Shown here: positions 1-12,836 of the stretch, piece by piece
Numbering within the stretch: the stretch's first letter is position 1
Layout of the letters: each line of letters begins with the position of its first letter
Origin: Intoshia linei
Taxonomy: Eukaryota > Animalia > Orthonectida
DNA length: 47,403 nt
Assembly (NCBI GenBank): GCA_001642005.1
Contig: LWCA01000157.1
Location: 1-47,403 of the forward strand
Reading direction: 5' to 3'
Position numbers and translations under genes: made by a program
The notes under the pieces: model-generated
Databases searched by the model: none
What the model was told of the DNA's origin: nothing
The model's input: the letters and a program-made list of their open reading frames with translations, nothing else

Positions 1-97
1 ATGAACTTGTTTTTATACAGTTGATTTGTTCTTTATTTCGTCAGTGCACTCATATGAAATGTTTTAACAAGTGCACTGTTCTAAATGGTACACCCTG
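1..97. mobile_element. Right end of a Tc1/mariner-type element or MITE (truncated by the window edge)
   Basis: Ends ...AAATGGTACACCCTG followed by TA (98-99), the reverse complement of a CAGGGTG-type mariner TIR with a TA target site. The other end is not in the window. Confidence 0.4.
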
Positions 98-1549
98 TAT
101 ATGAATAAAAAATTTTTATTTTTTCCGGGAAATTAAAAATTAAATTTCCCGGTTCTCGACTTTTGTCATTTCCCGAAAAATCACAATTACTACCTATGGC
201 GCATTGACAATTTTGATAAATTTATATTGTGGGATAATTAAAAATGAAATTTTAAATTGCAAGTACAATTTATTTTCTTTCAGTAAAACGTGGTAATGGA
301 GAAATAACCTGAAAATATTCCGAATCTACTGGAAAATCCGTTCACCTTATATTATATTGGTTAATCTTAATTTAATAATATAATCTTCATCATTTACCGG
401 CATTTTAATAATTAAGTCTTATTAATTAATAATATATTATACTCTCAATGACATATTTAAATCCAAATTGTGGACAACTGGCAAGATCAAAAAACCTTAA
501 ACGTCTTATTAATTAAGGACTAACATTAACTAATAGTATATCTTTATATTTTAAAAACATAAAAATAGTTTATCTATACGTGTAAATTCCATTAGTATGT
601 GAACTTTATTAAATTTTTTTGGCACACCTAAAATCACATGATATGTAAAAGGTTGGCCACCCCTGACTTAAGTTTTCATATTTTTTAGGAAAAGGGGTAA
701 TTTGTAGAATAAAATAATATTTTCATTAACTTTAGAAAAACAAAAATTTTTAATGAAATAATTATGAAAATTCGCTTCTTTGAGAACGTCCTCTCTAAAT
801 ATACATAATTTGGAACATACAATTTAAAATGTAAATTAATCATGTATTCTATTCACATTATTAACCTTTAAATTTAATATGCCGCATTGAAGAGTTGACA
901 CTTCAACACAAAATGAATTTAAAATGTAAATTAATATAAATCTAAGATGAAATAGATGCCAAAAACATTATTTCAAAATATGACAGAATATTTGCTACAT
1001 AATTTGTAAATTTATTATAAATATAGTTGGAATTAAACAGCAAATAACAAGCAATGTCTCGTAAGTTTTCTTTTTTTAACGCCTGCTAGACTTAATTTAA
1101 CTTTAAGTTTCTTGGTACATCAATGATGTAAGATTAATTATTCATGCAACTAATATGAAGGTTAATACACACTGCATGTATATTAAATTATTTTATCTCT
1201 AGGCTAGAAAAATATTAAAATTAACGAATAATAAACGATTACACTACAAATTAAATTTCAATTCCTAATTCTGATAAAAACTAAAGACTACAAGTCATCA
1301 AATTAGTAAAGGTATGCAAATTAATTATACTTAATTTATTGACCTGATTCTGCATGAGTAGGGGAAGTGTATATCTACCGACTATTATGATTTTCCAGTG
1401 AAGTGCAGATTTTTAGACACGATCGTATAACATTTATACTATAAATTGTTATTACATATACCAGATAGATCACCTACGGCCCGCGAACTGATTTCATCCA
1501 GTCCGCATAATTTTTTTAAAAATCTACTCAATAATATAATAAGTGGGAC

Positions 1550-1995
1550 CAGTGCCAAACCTACCCTACGCCGATACCTCTACGGGTTGCCTCGACGAAA
1601 TGTTTGTAAAATGAGTGCCTCATTTTTCCAAATTAAACATTAAAAACATTATATTCTTGAATATCACAACTATTTTGTGTGCTAATTTTAAAATGTCAAG
1701 AGCCTTAGAGAGGTCGTTAGGGACTATATGCCAATATGCATAAAAAGATTAAAACATTTTCTGAAGCCTATTTTTCATTCATCATTCCATCACAACCATT
1801 CGGGCGGCCTAAAGCTGGGTAGGTACGGCTCTGTTCTTGAATATCATAACTATTTGGTGTATTACATTTAAAATTTCAAGTTAAGTGCCTTGAATAGGTT
1901 TATAGGGCTATATGACACAACACATCATCTCCAAAAAAAATTTTGAGTATATTTTTCATTTTCGGAAGGCCTCAAGCTTGGTAGGTTCGGATCTA
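1550..1995. mobile_element. hAT-like MITE family 1 (TIR ~CAGnnCCGAACCTAC) with internal tandem duplication
   Basis: Left CAGTGCCAAACCTAC at 1550. Right GTAGGTACGGCTCTG (~1819-1833) and again GTAGGTTCGGATCTA (1981-1995). Flanks AGTGGGAC/AGTGGGGA are an imperfect 8-bp TSD. The internal TTCTTGAATATCAnAACTATTT block recurs at ~12440, ~14820, ~35495 and ~36570. Confidence 0.6.
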
Positions 1996-3443
1996 AGTGG
2001 GGAAAACAACAGTTAAGCTACATAAAAATAATACAGTCAAACCTCTATAACGTGAACACTCTGTAAAGTAAACTTCTGCAAGAATAAACAATAAAAAAAT
2101 AATTTTGGTTTAAACATAAGAGTTTACTATGAAACAAGTAAATGAATCGTGAACTCTCTGGAATGTGAACGATGAACATGATTATTTCAAATTAACGTGA
2201 AGTTCTAATTGATATTATACAATTGTTATACAAAACATGCATTTTGTAAATTTTTCATTTCTACAATATGAACAACGAAAATTTAAAAAAAAAAATAAAC
2301 CAATAATCAATGAAAAAAATAACCATATGAAGAAAATTCAATCATTTCTTAATTTGATAATCCAGAACTCTCTCCTATGACTGATCTATCTAACTGATTC
2401 TCTCTGAAATATATAGCTCGTTTACAATTTTACACACCACGATTGGACCCATGTCAAATTTTCTAGGTGTACCGTTTGAGAAACACTGTCCTAAAATAAC
2501 GCGTCCCCCATCGATAACTAGGTGACAAGTAGAATGTGGTTTAAATTAACTTGACATACACAAGAGATGCACAAGTACCATAATTAAAAAATCTGTAAAT
2601 CTGTTTTAAAATTTAAAATTAAATTACTGCAAGCTAGTGGTCTAATAGACGCAGTTTGAGTAGCATGATGAGAAACATCAGATATTTTAGAGCACAACTG
2701 ATCGACGCCAATTTCACAACCAAATTTATAAGCCCAATTACATGCTTCATATCGAGCTCTATCTACTTGGCATTTGCTGTCGGCTAGAAACGATTAATGT
2801 TATACAAAAATATATAACCTAGCCTTCCAACCATGGCACATCCAATATATTTAGATAAAGGGAAAACACGCTCGCACGTACTCGGAATGATAAATTTGTC
2901 CTATTAAAATATTTTTAAAAAAAATGAAATGACATCTATAATTTACCGGAATTTTTTTCTGAGAAACGACAACAGCGTAATCTTTCCCTTTAATTGCGAC
3001 AGCAGTTATACCAACATGATTTACGGCCTTAAAAGCATATTCTAAATGATTTTATCACATACACATAAAAATCAATAGTTTAATTAATTCTACGTTATCA
3101 TTAATGTAACAAAATAAGTCATTATTACCAACTTGAAAAAGGTGTCCTTCTGGAGAAAAAACTGTGATATTTCGATCAAACCCACTACTAACATTTCTTA
3201 CCATGATGAAAATAAATTTGAATCTTTTCTAAAAACTGAGCAAATATCCAAGACAAGTTTATTTAGTAAGCAAGAACGTGTCCAATTGTATCTTTATTGA
3301 AATTATAAAATGATATGTTAAAATTTCTAGTGAAATTATTAATTTATAACATATAATTTGTATAAATTAAAAAAAGAATGAAAGCTTGAATTGCTTGCAC
3401 GTAGATTTTATTTTTGTAATTTTGTAACACATTTAGTTTCACA

Positions 3444-6400
3444 ATGATTACACATGTTATTGTATACGAAGCAAGAGAAGATATATCTCATCCATTTGAA
3501 CGACGAATTGTTTTGATTGACTCCAACCCATTGAGAGTGGGACGAGCCGTCAATGAACCTGTTAACAATGTTTTGTCGTTTATTTTTGATTGTAAGGTTT
3601 TATCCAGAAATCATTGCAGAGTTTGGTTTGATGAGGGAAAGGTTGTTTATTCTTTGTATATTTATAATGTTTATAATTTTATTATAGTTTTGGATAATGG
3701 ATACAAACAGTAGTAATGGAACTTTTGTAAATAATAAACGTTTGCTTTCTCCAAATGACAAGGAAAATTGCAAATATCAGCTAAACGACGGCGATTTAGT
3801 TCAATTTGGTGTAGATGTCAATGAAACTGAAACCTCAATAAGTAACACAAAACTTTATCATTTTGACAATTTTTAGCTCGATCGGTTGTTGGTCACGTTC
3901 ACTTTTTCTTATCGTTCAATTACATTAGCGGTTTCGGAAATAATCCCAATTATATAGAAAGCATTATCAAAGTCACTGAATGTCTAAAAGTAATTTTCAA
4001 AATTTATTTCTCATTGATTAAATAAATGTTATTTTTAGACCATTAAAGAAAATGAAACCATTTTGGATAAAAAAATTGATATTTTAGAAAATACTCTCAC
4101 AAATACTGAAGGTTTACAAGAATCTCTACATCAAGTAATATTTTTGGATACCAATTATATTTTTAGAATATCGTTGATGAAAGTGGATATTTATCTAGAA
4201 TTTCATTGTTAGAACAAGAACTTGACATATTTTGTGAGGTTAAATGCTTGTTTATTTTTTTAACAATATTTAGAACCCTTCCAATCCTAGTACATATACC
4301 GATAGCGTTAAGGAACGACTCAATCAAAACGTTATTAATGAAAAAAATTGGATGGTAATATTATTTTTCTAATGAATCATCCAATATAGGATCTACTTAA
4401 TTTACGCCTCGAAGAAAAAACTCAAATTAAAATAGCTTTGGAAGAATCTCAGGTACATATTTTTATTTGTGTGGTTTTTTATTTGATGGAAACAATGTGA
4501 CAATTGATTTTTAGTAATTTTTATTTTATAAAAATTGAAAACGAGCTATATTTCATTTGACGTCGTGTTACATGATTTTTTGTTTTTTGTATCGAAACGT
4601 TTTTTTTAAATTTGCAGCTTTTCTTCGCAAAATCTTATAATATTTAAATATTATTGATGTATAATGTCTCAACAAATATAAAATTTTTTCTATTTTATTT
4701 TCTTTTGAGTCAAAATTTTTGAATTGTTTTCTACTGCCATTTAAATAACGTCTGAGAAATGGGTTTACAACTGTAAACTTTACAGTATTCTCTATAGTTC
4801 GTTAATTTTGTAGTTCTTCGATACTCTGTATTTCTATATTATCATCACATTTTTAGTAGAATAATTTTATTAATGATTTGGGCTTACAGTTGTAGGTTCT
4901 AAAAATTATCATTATTAGCAAACTCTTTACTCATATCTGGTATCGAAGAAGAAATGGTGGACAGTATAATTATTTATTCAATGTAATTCAATCTATAGGT
5001 TTGTTTGTCCGATTCCATGCACGAAGCAAATGTATACATGAAAAAATGCGAAAAAAATAAAATTGATTTAAAATCTATGGAAAAAGAAAAAGAAAAAATG
5101 GTTTTTTATTTTGGTTATTATAACTACAAATTCGGCTATTTAAATGAAATTTAATATTTTTAAATCTTATACTGCATCATAGTACCTTGTGTACAATACC
5201 TTTCGTAGTAGAAAATGTCACATTAGTAATTGGTGTAATAAGTCTTTATTTCTTAAACTAGAGTGCGAGGGCCACTGGGGTCCGTGAAATAGTTTGTTAT
5301 ATTTATCTAAAAAATGACGATTTTAAAATTATGCTAAAAATTTAATGCTAAATGTTATCAATTATTTATAATAATCTGGAATAATTACAATTTTTGTGGC
5401 CCTAGGGCTGTGTTTCCAACCTTTTTTATGCTAGGTCGCATTTCATAAAATTACCTAACGCTGTGGTTCCCGCACGTCTTCACGGCGGACCTGTTATGGT
5501 AATAAATTATAAAATTGATCGCGGACTATTAAATCGAAATTACTAGGAAACATTCAAAAAAGAATTGACTCAATTGGTAAAAAATTTTCACGAGCCAATA
5601 CTGGTCCGCAGACCGGCATTTGGGAAACTGACCTAACGGTCAATTTTTTTTGGCTGATATAACAATTCAACCAAAAAGGAATTATTATTCATTAAGTGAC
5701 TAATTTTGTTTAACATAATTACCATTGTCCCAAATCTCAACCTCAGAAACTGACACATTTATGGTCAAATCCACAAATTATTCGTTTTTTGAAAATTAAA
5801 AAAGTTATGTAACTTTATGAAACTGTACAGCATTTTATACAGAGTAGTCTTAAGGCATTTCGTGGCTCTGGGCTAAGCAAAGGGACGTCCCTTTAAAATT
5901 TCAAGCGATACGATAAAAAAATTAAGGTCCCCTGTTTAGAAGACACATCATACTGTTGGTTGGATACTTAGAGTCTTATTTCATTGAGTATTAATAAAAG
6001 CATTAAAGTATTATATTTTAAATTGAATAATTACCTGAACTTTATTTCTTTAAACTATTTTTTTTCTAGCTATTTGAATTCCCACACTTCAAAACTTATG
6101 AACTGATTCTTGAAATATAAATGTAAAGTACTTTTATTAATTAGGGGCCCTGGGCTATAGCCCATATTGCCAATGCCTTAAAACGGCTTTGATTTTATAA
6201 GATATAAATTATGGATATTTTTTAAATATTATGAGCATTATGGTAAATCACAAAATTATAATAAATTCACCTATAGTGCCGAGGGACTACATATGTACTC
6301 ATCCATACTTTGTAATGTCATTTAAAAACTACTAATATAAATTTAAAAATTAGAACTGTTTTAAGTAGATATGGATTCTATTTATCTTTTTATATAATGT

Positions 6401-8790
6401 TTGTATTGTATGTATTTCAAATCACACTGATAATGCTGTTCAAATAATGACCAATGAAGAAATTTTTTCACATTAAAATTTGATAACCAGTCTAACAATT
6501 GCATCATCAATTTTAAAATCAATGTATTCCATTATTTATATTCTATATTGACCAAATATACACAATTTCATTTAAAAACTAGTTTTCCGCTCAATATGTC
6601 ACATGTAGTCATTCTCCGTTTAACCACTGCTCATTTTTTTAACATGTAAAATTGAGTATAGTTGCATTAGCTTATATTGGCGTTTCATTCACAAATTTTA
6701 AAAATCATCGAATTAGGTCAATTATAAAGAAGGTTGGGCACTTAATGTTTAAAAAATAGAAATTTAATATTAAAAAGTCTGTCTCCGATAGAGCATTGAA
6801 TAAAATGAACGTTAAATTAATCTAAAGTTTTCATAATTCCAATAAATTCGTGAAATTTCCCAGGCCCCACTAAAATATATTATACCCACCCGTGGGGCTA
6901 GGCCGTACGGTTATGAAAAACTACCCTATGTCCTTTACCTTTCGTTATTGTCGATTATTTTAATTTTAAAAAAACGACCATTTTTTTATTATATTTTAAT
7001 TAATAGACTGAACAGTTGGATAAACTTGAAGGACAAAACATGTGTTTGCAAAAAAAGCTAGATTATCAAACTGATCAAATCGAAATCCAGCATAAACAGT
7101 ACACTGATCATATTAAAGAACTTTATAACCGCGAATGCAATTTATCTAAAATTGTACTTTTAACTATATTATTATTTAAAGTTTCATTCATATATTCATT
7201 TCATCATTAGTGTCAAATTTTTATTGAGAAAATGTGATTAATGTTATCATATATTCAATGAATATTATTATGTGTTGATCCATTTTGTTTGATTATATTT
7301 TTAATTAATGTTAATAATTTATGATTGAAATTACATGAGCATTTTAATATTTGAATATTTGATCAAGCAAAATGAATTGTCTATGTTAATTTTAATTAAA
7401 TAATGATAAATTGGTAGATTGTCAAGTTGCAAGAAGATAATAATTTGAGGAACTCTCAAACTCAGAAAAATATTAACGATTCTAAAAATGGTTCTAATTG
7501 GTCTACAATGTCTAAAGGTATTTTCATTTTATTAATTTCTAATAATGTTAGACAACGAAGATGTTTTGGAAAATTTTGGATTTTTAAAACAATCTGAAAA
7601 ATCTAATGAATCCGTAGAAATGGATGTTAGTGCAAATATCAACGTTGCAAATAATTCAGGTAAAATTGTAATTTATAGATTACATTCGGCGTATAATTGT
7701 CAGATCTTGTGTTATCGCATCCCGTTGAATCGTCATTTATTGTGTTTATCGACCCGTAGTCTTTAATGTGGAGGCTCCTGGTTGTTTATGTATCCTAAAA
7801 TTGTTTGAAAAATGTTATAACCATGTTTTTAATTTGGGATTTTAGAAATTTCCGTTTCTGATCCAATCAAAAGATTTAAATTACATAATCATATATATTC
7901 AAATTCTTTATCCAATATAAAAGGTAGTATTTGGTTAGAATTTAAAATTTAAATATCTAACCACTTTTGAACAATATTTACTTTAATAATGTTTAGAAAC
8001 TAATATGCCAAATTCTATCAACGTTTATAGCGAAGGTTCTTCAGGTTTAATTATCATTTTTCAATTTTATTTTAGCTGGTGTAATAGACAATATGGCTAC
8101 AGTAAAGGGTATATTATTTTAGTTTGTAACTAAGTTTTCTTTGAGTTTTGTATTTTAAGTATGTTAAGTTTTGATGTCAACCTTTATTATTATTATTTGA
8201 CAATATTAGCTGATAACGACAAAAATTCAACCAATGAATCTGGTGACTACCAGTTGTATAATATTATTCAAAATTCCATAATATCCCAAACAGAAGATTC
8301 AAAATATTATAAAGAAGGTAATTTTTTATAATTTACATGTTAATCTAATGTAATTATAATCAAAATATGAATAATTATTCATTTGTATTCATATTTAGAT
8401 TCTGCTTCACAATCACCATCATACACTTCAAGCCTTGCTTCTGTATATTTTTTATAGTACGGTATGATGATACACCTTTTTAGAACAAAACAGAGATAGA
8501 CTCACTAAATGCTTCTAAAAATACCGAAAACAATAGTCCACTTGCTGTGAAGACTGAACCTGAAAATACTAATACACTTGTAAATTTTTCTATAGTATAT
8601 GAATAGTTAAAATGAAATGAGTGATCTTTTTTTGTTTATTTTGCTGTATTATTATTACAAATTTTTATTAGATTTAAGTAAATAATTTATTTTTTTTAAA
8701 TGTTATTTTTAGATACCAATTTACGTTATAATTGTTTGCCTCTCCGCACTAGCCATTGCACTTTATATTCAATATATTTTGTCAACATAA
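3444..8790 (+). CDS. SLMAP: Sarcolemmal membrane-associated protein (FHA domain, coiled coil, C-terminal tail anchor); multi-exon
   Basis: Exons 3444-3641 and 3688-3841 give [46 protein letters not shown], matching the SLMAP FHA domain. Coiled-coil exons lie at 4040-4452, ~5000-5100 and ~7007-7153. The last exon, 8713-8790, encodes [25 protein letters not shown] (transmembrane tail). Some internal exon boundaries are uncertain. Confidence 0.9.
5840..6191. mobile_element. hAT MITE in SLMAP intron
   Basis: Imperfect TIRs CAGAGTAGTCTTAAGGCATT / AATGCCTTAAAACGGCTTTG, flanked by a perfect 8-bp TSD ATTTTATA (5832-5839 and 6192-6199). Confidence 0.8.
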
Positions 8791-11630
8791 TCTTTAGTCC
8801 TGTGTATATTAAATAAATCTTTGATATGCTGCCAATTATGGTTGAAATGGAGTGACAAAAATATATTAATAAAATGAAAAAATACCTGGGCATAGGGATC
8901 AGTGAAATGCGATTTTTAGAAAAGGCACAATTTAATTAGATCAAGCTATAACTATGCTAGGCTATTAAGTGTATACAGTAGGAAAGATTGAGCGGACAAC
9001 ATTTTTGAAAAGGTGGTGCTATTTTTTTGGTCGAAAGTTTACTTTTAGCTTGGATACAACTCATTTTATATAGAAAAAAAGAAACTAATAAAAATTTTAA
9101 AAAAAGTGGTCCATGGTCCGATTCATCTTCCATAGAGAAAAGCGCCACTTAATCTGTATCTATTGTACAGAAATATTCAATTTTAATTGAAAATGTCTTT
9201 CCAATATGTAATTGAGATATTGAGTGATTCCTAATTCAATAGTTTTTTTTTAAAATTTAAATCTGGTTCCCACAGATTTTTAACCACTGACCGGTAATTT
9301 ACTATGAAATTTATCACACACCACTAAAACAAAGTTCCTAGGAGAAAATTTAAAAAATACGATATAAATTTAATTTTTCACAGACCGATAAAATTATGTC
9401 AAGGACCGTTACTGGTCTGCGGACCGGCATTTGAGAACCGCTGATTTAAATCAAATACGACTGATTTATAATAAGTTTTATTACAAAATTAACTATGACA
9501 TTAGTTACATCTGTAAATATGCATTGATATTACACTACAATCTGATAAAATCATGGACATGGATCAGGACATTAATACTCGATACAACTTGGAAATGGCT
9601 TGCCGGTTGCACAATGTTGCTTCAATAACATTCCAATTGAATCATCCATTTATATTTAATATTAAGGTTTTCAATTTAGTGAAACTTTGTGCCAAAAATA
9701 TTTAATATTTATGATCCATCTATTAACTTTGTTATGTCGGGAGCAATTTCCCTCATAAGCCTTAAGTTAAGGCCTACTTCTATTATTATTATCTTAAAAA
9801 TTGTCTTTGTTTTAATTAGAAGAGTATTACATGATGACATTTTTGCTATAATCGGAAATAATTTCTTCATAGTCTGAAAAAGTAAGGAAGGTTTACCTAT
9901 TCTGAGTCTAATTAAATTTACAGTGTTTTCAATATAATTTACCTGACAGTTTTTATTTTTTCAGGTAATTGTCTGGAATTATTAATTTATCAACTATTCG
10001 AAAATGTATCCATAATATTCAATATTTTGTTGTTATGATTAGTGTTTCATTCAAGGCTTCTACCGATGGTTGCCGAATTGTTTTAATCTTGATATATAAA
10101 AAAGTATCAAATTTTGTTTTTCAAATATATTGGGATCAGTGGTATGGTTGATAATTTATTATTTTAGTCCTTGTGTCTCAAATGCAACAAAATTCAAAAA
10201 AATATTTTCAATATTACCAATGTAATTTACTTGGATTAATTTTAATTATACTGCGAACCCTTAAATATTTCCGATTTCTTAATTTGTAAAATCGTTTGAT
10301 TGTTAATTATTTGAATGACTAAATTGTATAGAAATTACCATCTTAGCTATTATATTTTAATTTCTAATTTTATCCTAGATACAGGATGAAAATTTCCAAA
10401 TTATACAATGTTGGAATTGTCAAAATGATTTAAAACTAAGTAATGTACATTAATTAAAATACAGTATTTTCTCTGTAACTCTACATTATTGGGATTTAGA
10501 AAAAGTTGGCGACATAGAGAATAACAGATTCCCCTTTTTTAAATAAATGTCTTATTAATTAAAGTTGAATAATAATTATAATTAAACCATTAAGTTTTTT
10601 TTACGATTTAGAAGAATTTTTAATTTTAACGTGATTTAAAACTGGTAAAAATACGTTACTAATTTTGTAAAAGTTTTAAAAAAACTTTTAATTTTATATC
10701 TTAAATTAATAGCAAGTTATAGAACAGTGATTTCTAATCACTGGTTCACATATTAATTTTGATGGCCCTTTCAGTAAATATTTAAATTTTTCATCTTTTA
10801 AACATTTTCTTCTACAATTGGCTCTTTATAATTAATGTAATACTGAATTTTATTTTGTTGAATGTTGAAAATGTGTCATGCGTGAACATTTTTAAAAAAC
10901 GGACCCTAGAATTTTTTGATATAAAAAAGTGGCCCACGAGATGCAAAAGTTTGCTGATACCTGTTATAGAATTAAATGTTAATATTTCTATATTATGGTG
11001 ATAATCATATGGCGAATTGTGGAGAGAATAATGTAATAAAATAATCATATTTATGAAAACTAAATTATAATTCTTTATTATCATGTATTAAAAGATGTAT
11101 ATTAATAAGTGACTAATAATTATTAGAATCACAATGTACATTACATTTTATTGAGATTTGTTAAATTTATTTTATATTGAGGCCTTGATATAATCACTAT
11201 TATTGTTGAAAATATAGCATTCATTTTTTAAAAAAATTTTATGGTAATAACGGTTTGTAGTAGTATGCATAATATGCATTACATATAGAAATGACATTTT
11301 TATATTATTTTAAAGTCTTATTTAGCTATTTCGAAACTTTCTTTTGTGTATCGAGATTTTAAAGAAAGTTTTGTCAAAATTTGTCAAGTTGATTGTGTTA
11401 ATAATAAACCTAGAACTTTAACTAAACGTTACCCTTTCACATGTCAATCTGCTGGATCTCGGACGATTTATGATGATATTGATTTAAGTGTGGTATATTT
11501 AAATTTACAAGTACATAATATGTATTACATACATATATAATGTAGTCAAATCAATCAGATGAAAATCAGAACCGAACCTATATTACTAATATAAACCCTT
11601 CTGGGTGGGTTAGATGGCAAGTTTTACATC

Positions 11631-11864
11631 TCAGAAATATTGTGTAAAGAGACCATATGTACCATTTGCAAATCGGTATATACCAGTGATGACAAAAGGT
11701 GTTTTCTTGTTTAAAATACACACTTGAAAAAATTCAATCATAAAAATAAATTCCATGAGTAAACAAGGTTTGTTTGCGTATAATTGAAATCTACAAGCTT
11801 TTTTCATTCCATTGAAAAATGTTACTCCTTTTCTAACAATGTATAAAATGTTATTTTGTTTCAA
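11631..11864 (-). mobile_element. Degenerate non-LTR retrotransposon endonuclease (APE-like) fragment
   Basis: The ORF contains RKGVTFF and FVITGIYR, resembling the LINE endonuclease motifs RGGGVAI and IxxxIYRPP. Confidence 0.35.
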
Positions 11865-12836
11865 TTGATGGGGTGGCTAACAATTTTTTTATTATAAAAT
11901 CAAAAAATACTTTTTGAATATAATCTCAAAATCAAAATTAATCAACAAAAGTAATAAGCATGGATTTTTCCTTAAGGGTTGGTAAAATTGGATTTTTAGC
12001 AAACATTCAGTGTAGCCATGTATTGTTAGAGTGACATAATCATCAATTTTGTTAATTAATCATATTATTGAGGGTTTTCTCAAGGGAATATTTTTTCTAC
12101 CATTTTAAAAACATTTACTATTTATATTTTTAATATTTACTTAAATAAACCCATAAAAATTCAATAATATGATTAATTAGCAAAATCGCTGATTGTGTCG
12201 GTCTAACAATACATCGCTCAAGAGAATGGACATCAGATTTGCCAATAAAATGTAAATTATTCATCCACCTTCTCATAAAATTGTTCACACCATGAGGACA
12301 CTGACGTAAAGAAACTAATTGCAATATTACCAGACCCTACGATTATATGCTTGTCCGAATCTGTCGTAAGTGGTGGTCCCGACGAATTTGTTTTGTAAAA
12401 TTGTTGTCTAATTTTTCCAAATATGGCATTTAAAAAATTATATTCTTGAATATCATAATTATTTTGTGATACGTTTAGAATTAAGACTAATGGAGACGTG
12501 ATTAGGTTAATGACACTACGCATCGCTAACGAAAAATTTTTAGGGCCATATTTTATTAAAAATTACAGAATTTTTTTATTTGTAAATTAAATAAAAGTTT
12601 CAAACAAAACCACTTTTTTATATATAATACTGAAAAAATTGTTCATTTTTTTAATGTAAAAACCGAAAATCGACTAAAATCTGTTAAAAAAACCCACATT
12701 GATACAATAATTTTATGCTGTATTTAGGATTGGAAAGACTACGATGAAAGAGTATGTAAAAACGTAGGAATATACGACATTGGTTTTCGATTCAATCCAA
12801 TTAATTAAAATTGTATTTACAAACTAAAAATAAAAA

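Noticed and set aside
821-935. 20-bp direct repeat AATTTAAAATGTAAATTAAT
   Set aside because: Only two very AT-rich copies; not CRISPR-like and no identifiable insert.
8605-8690. Possible alternative SLMAP transmembrane exon
   Set aside because: The hydrophobic frame is not reachable from nearby acceptors without a stop, and its hydrophobicity reflects T-rich intron DNA.
9560-10150. Possible decayed LINE sequence (also 25700-26230 and 32420-32720)
   Set aside because: Only faint motif echoes such as LFNIY at ~32500; too degraded to call.
12130-12523. Two overlapping minus-strand ORFs (64 and 88 aa)
   Set aside because: Partly overlap a MITE fragment; no recognisable motifs or supportable exon chain.
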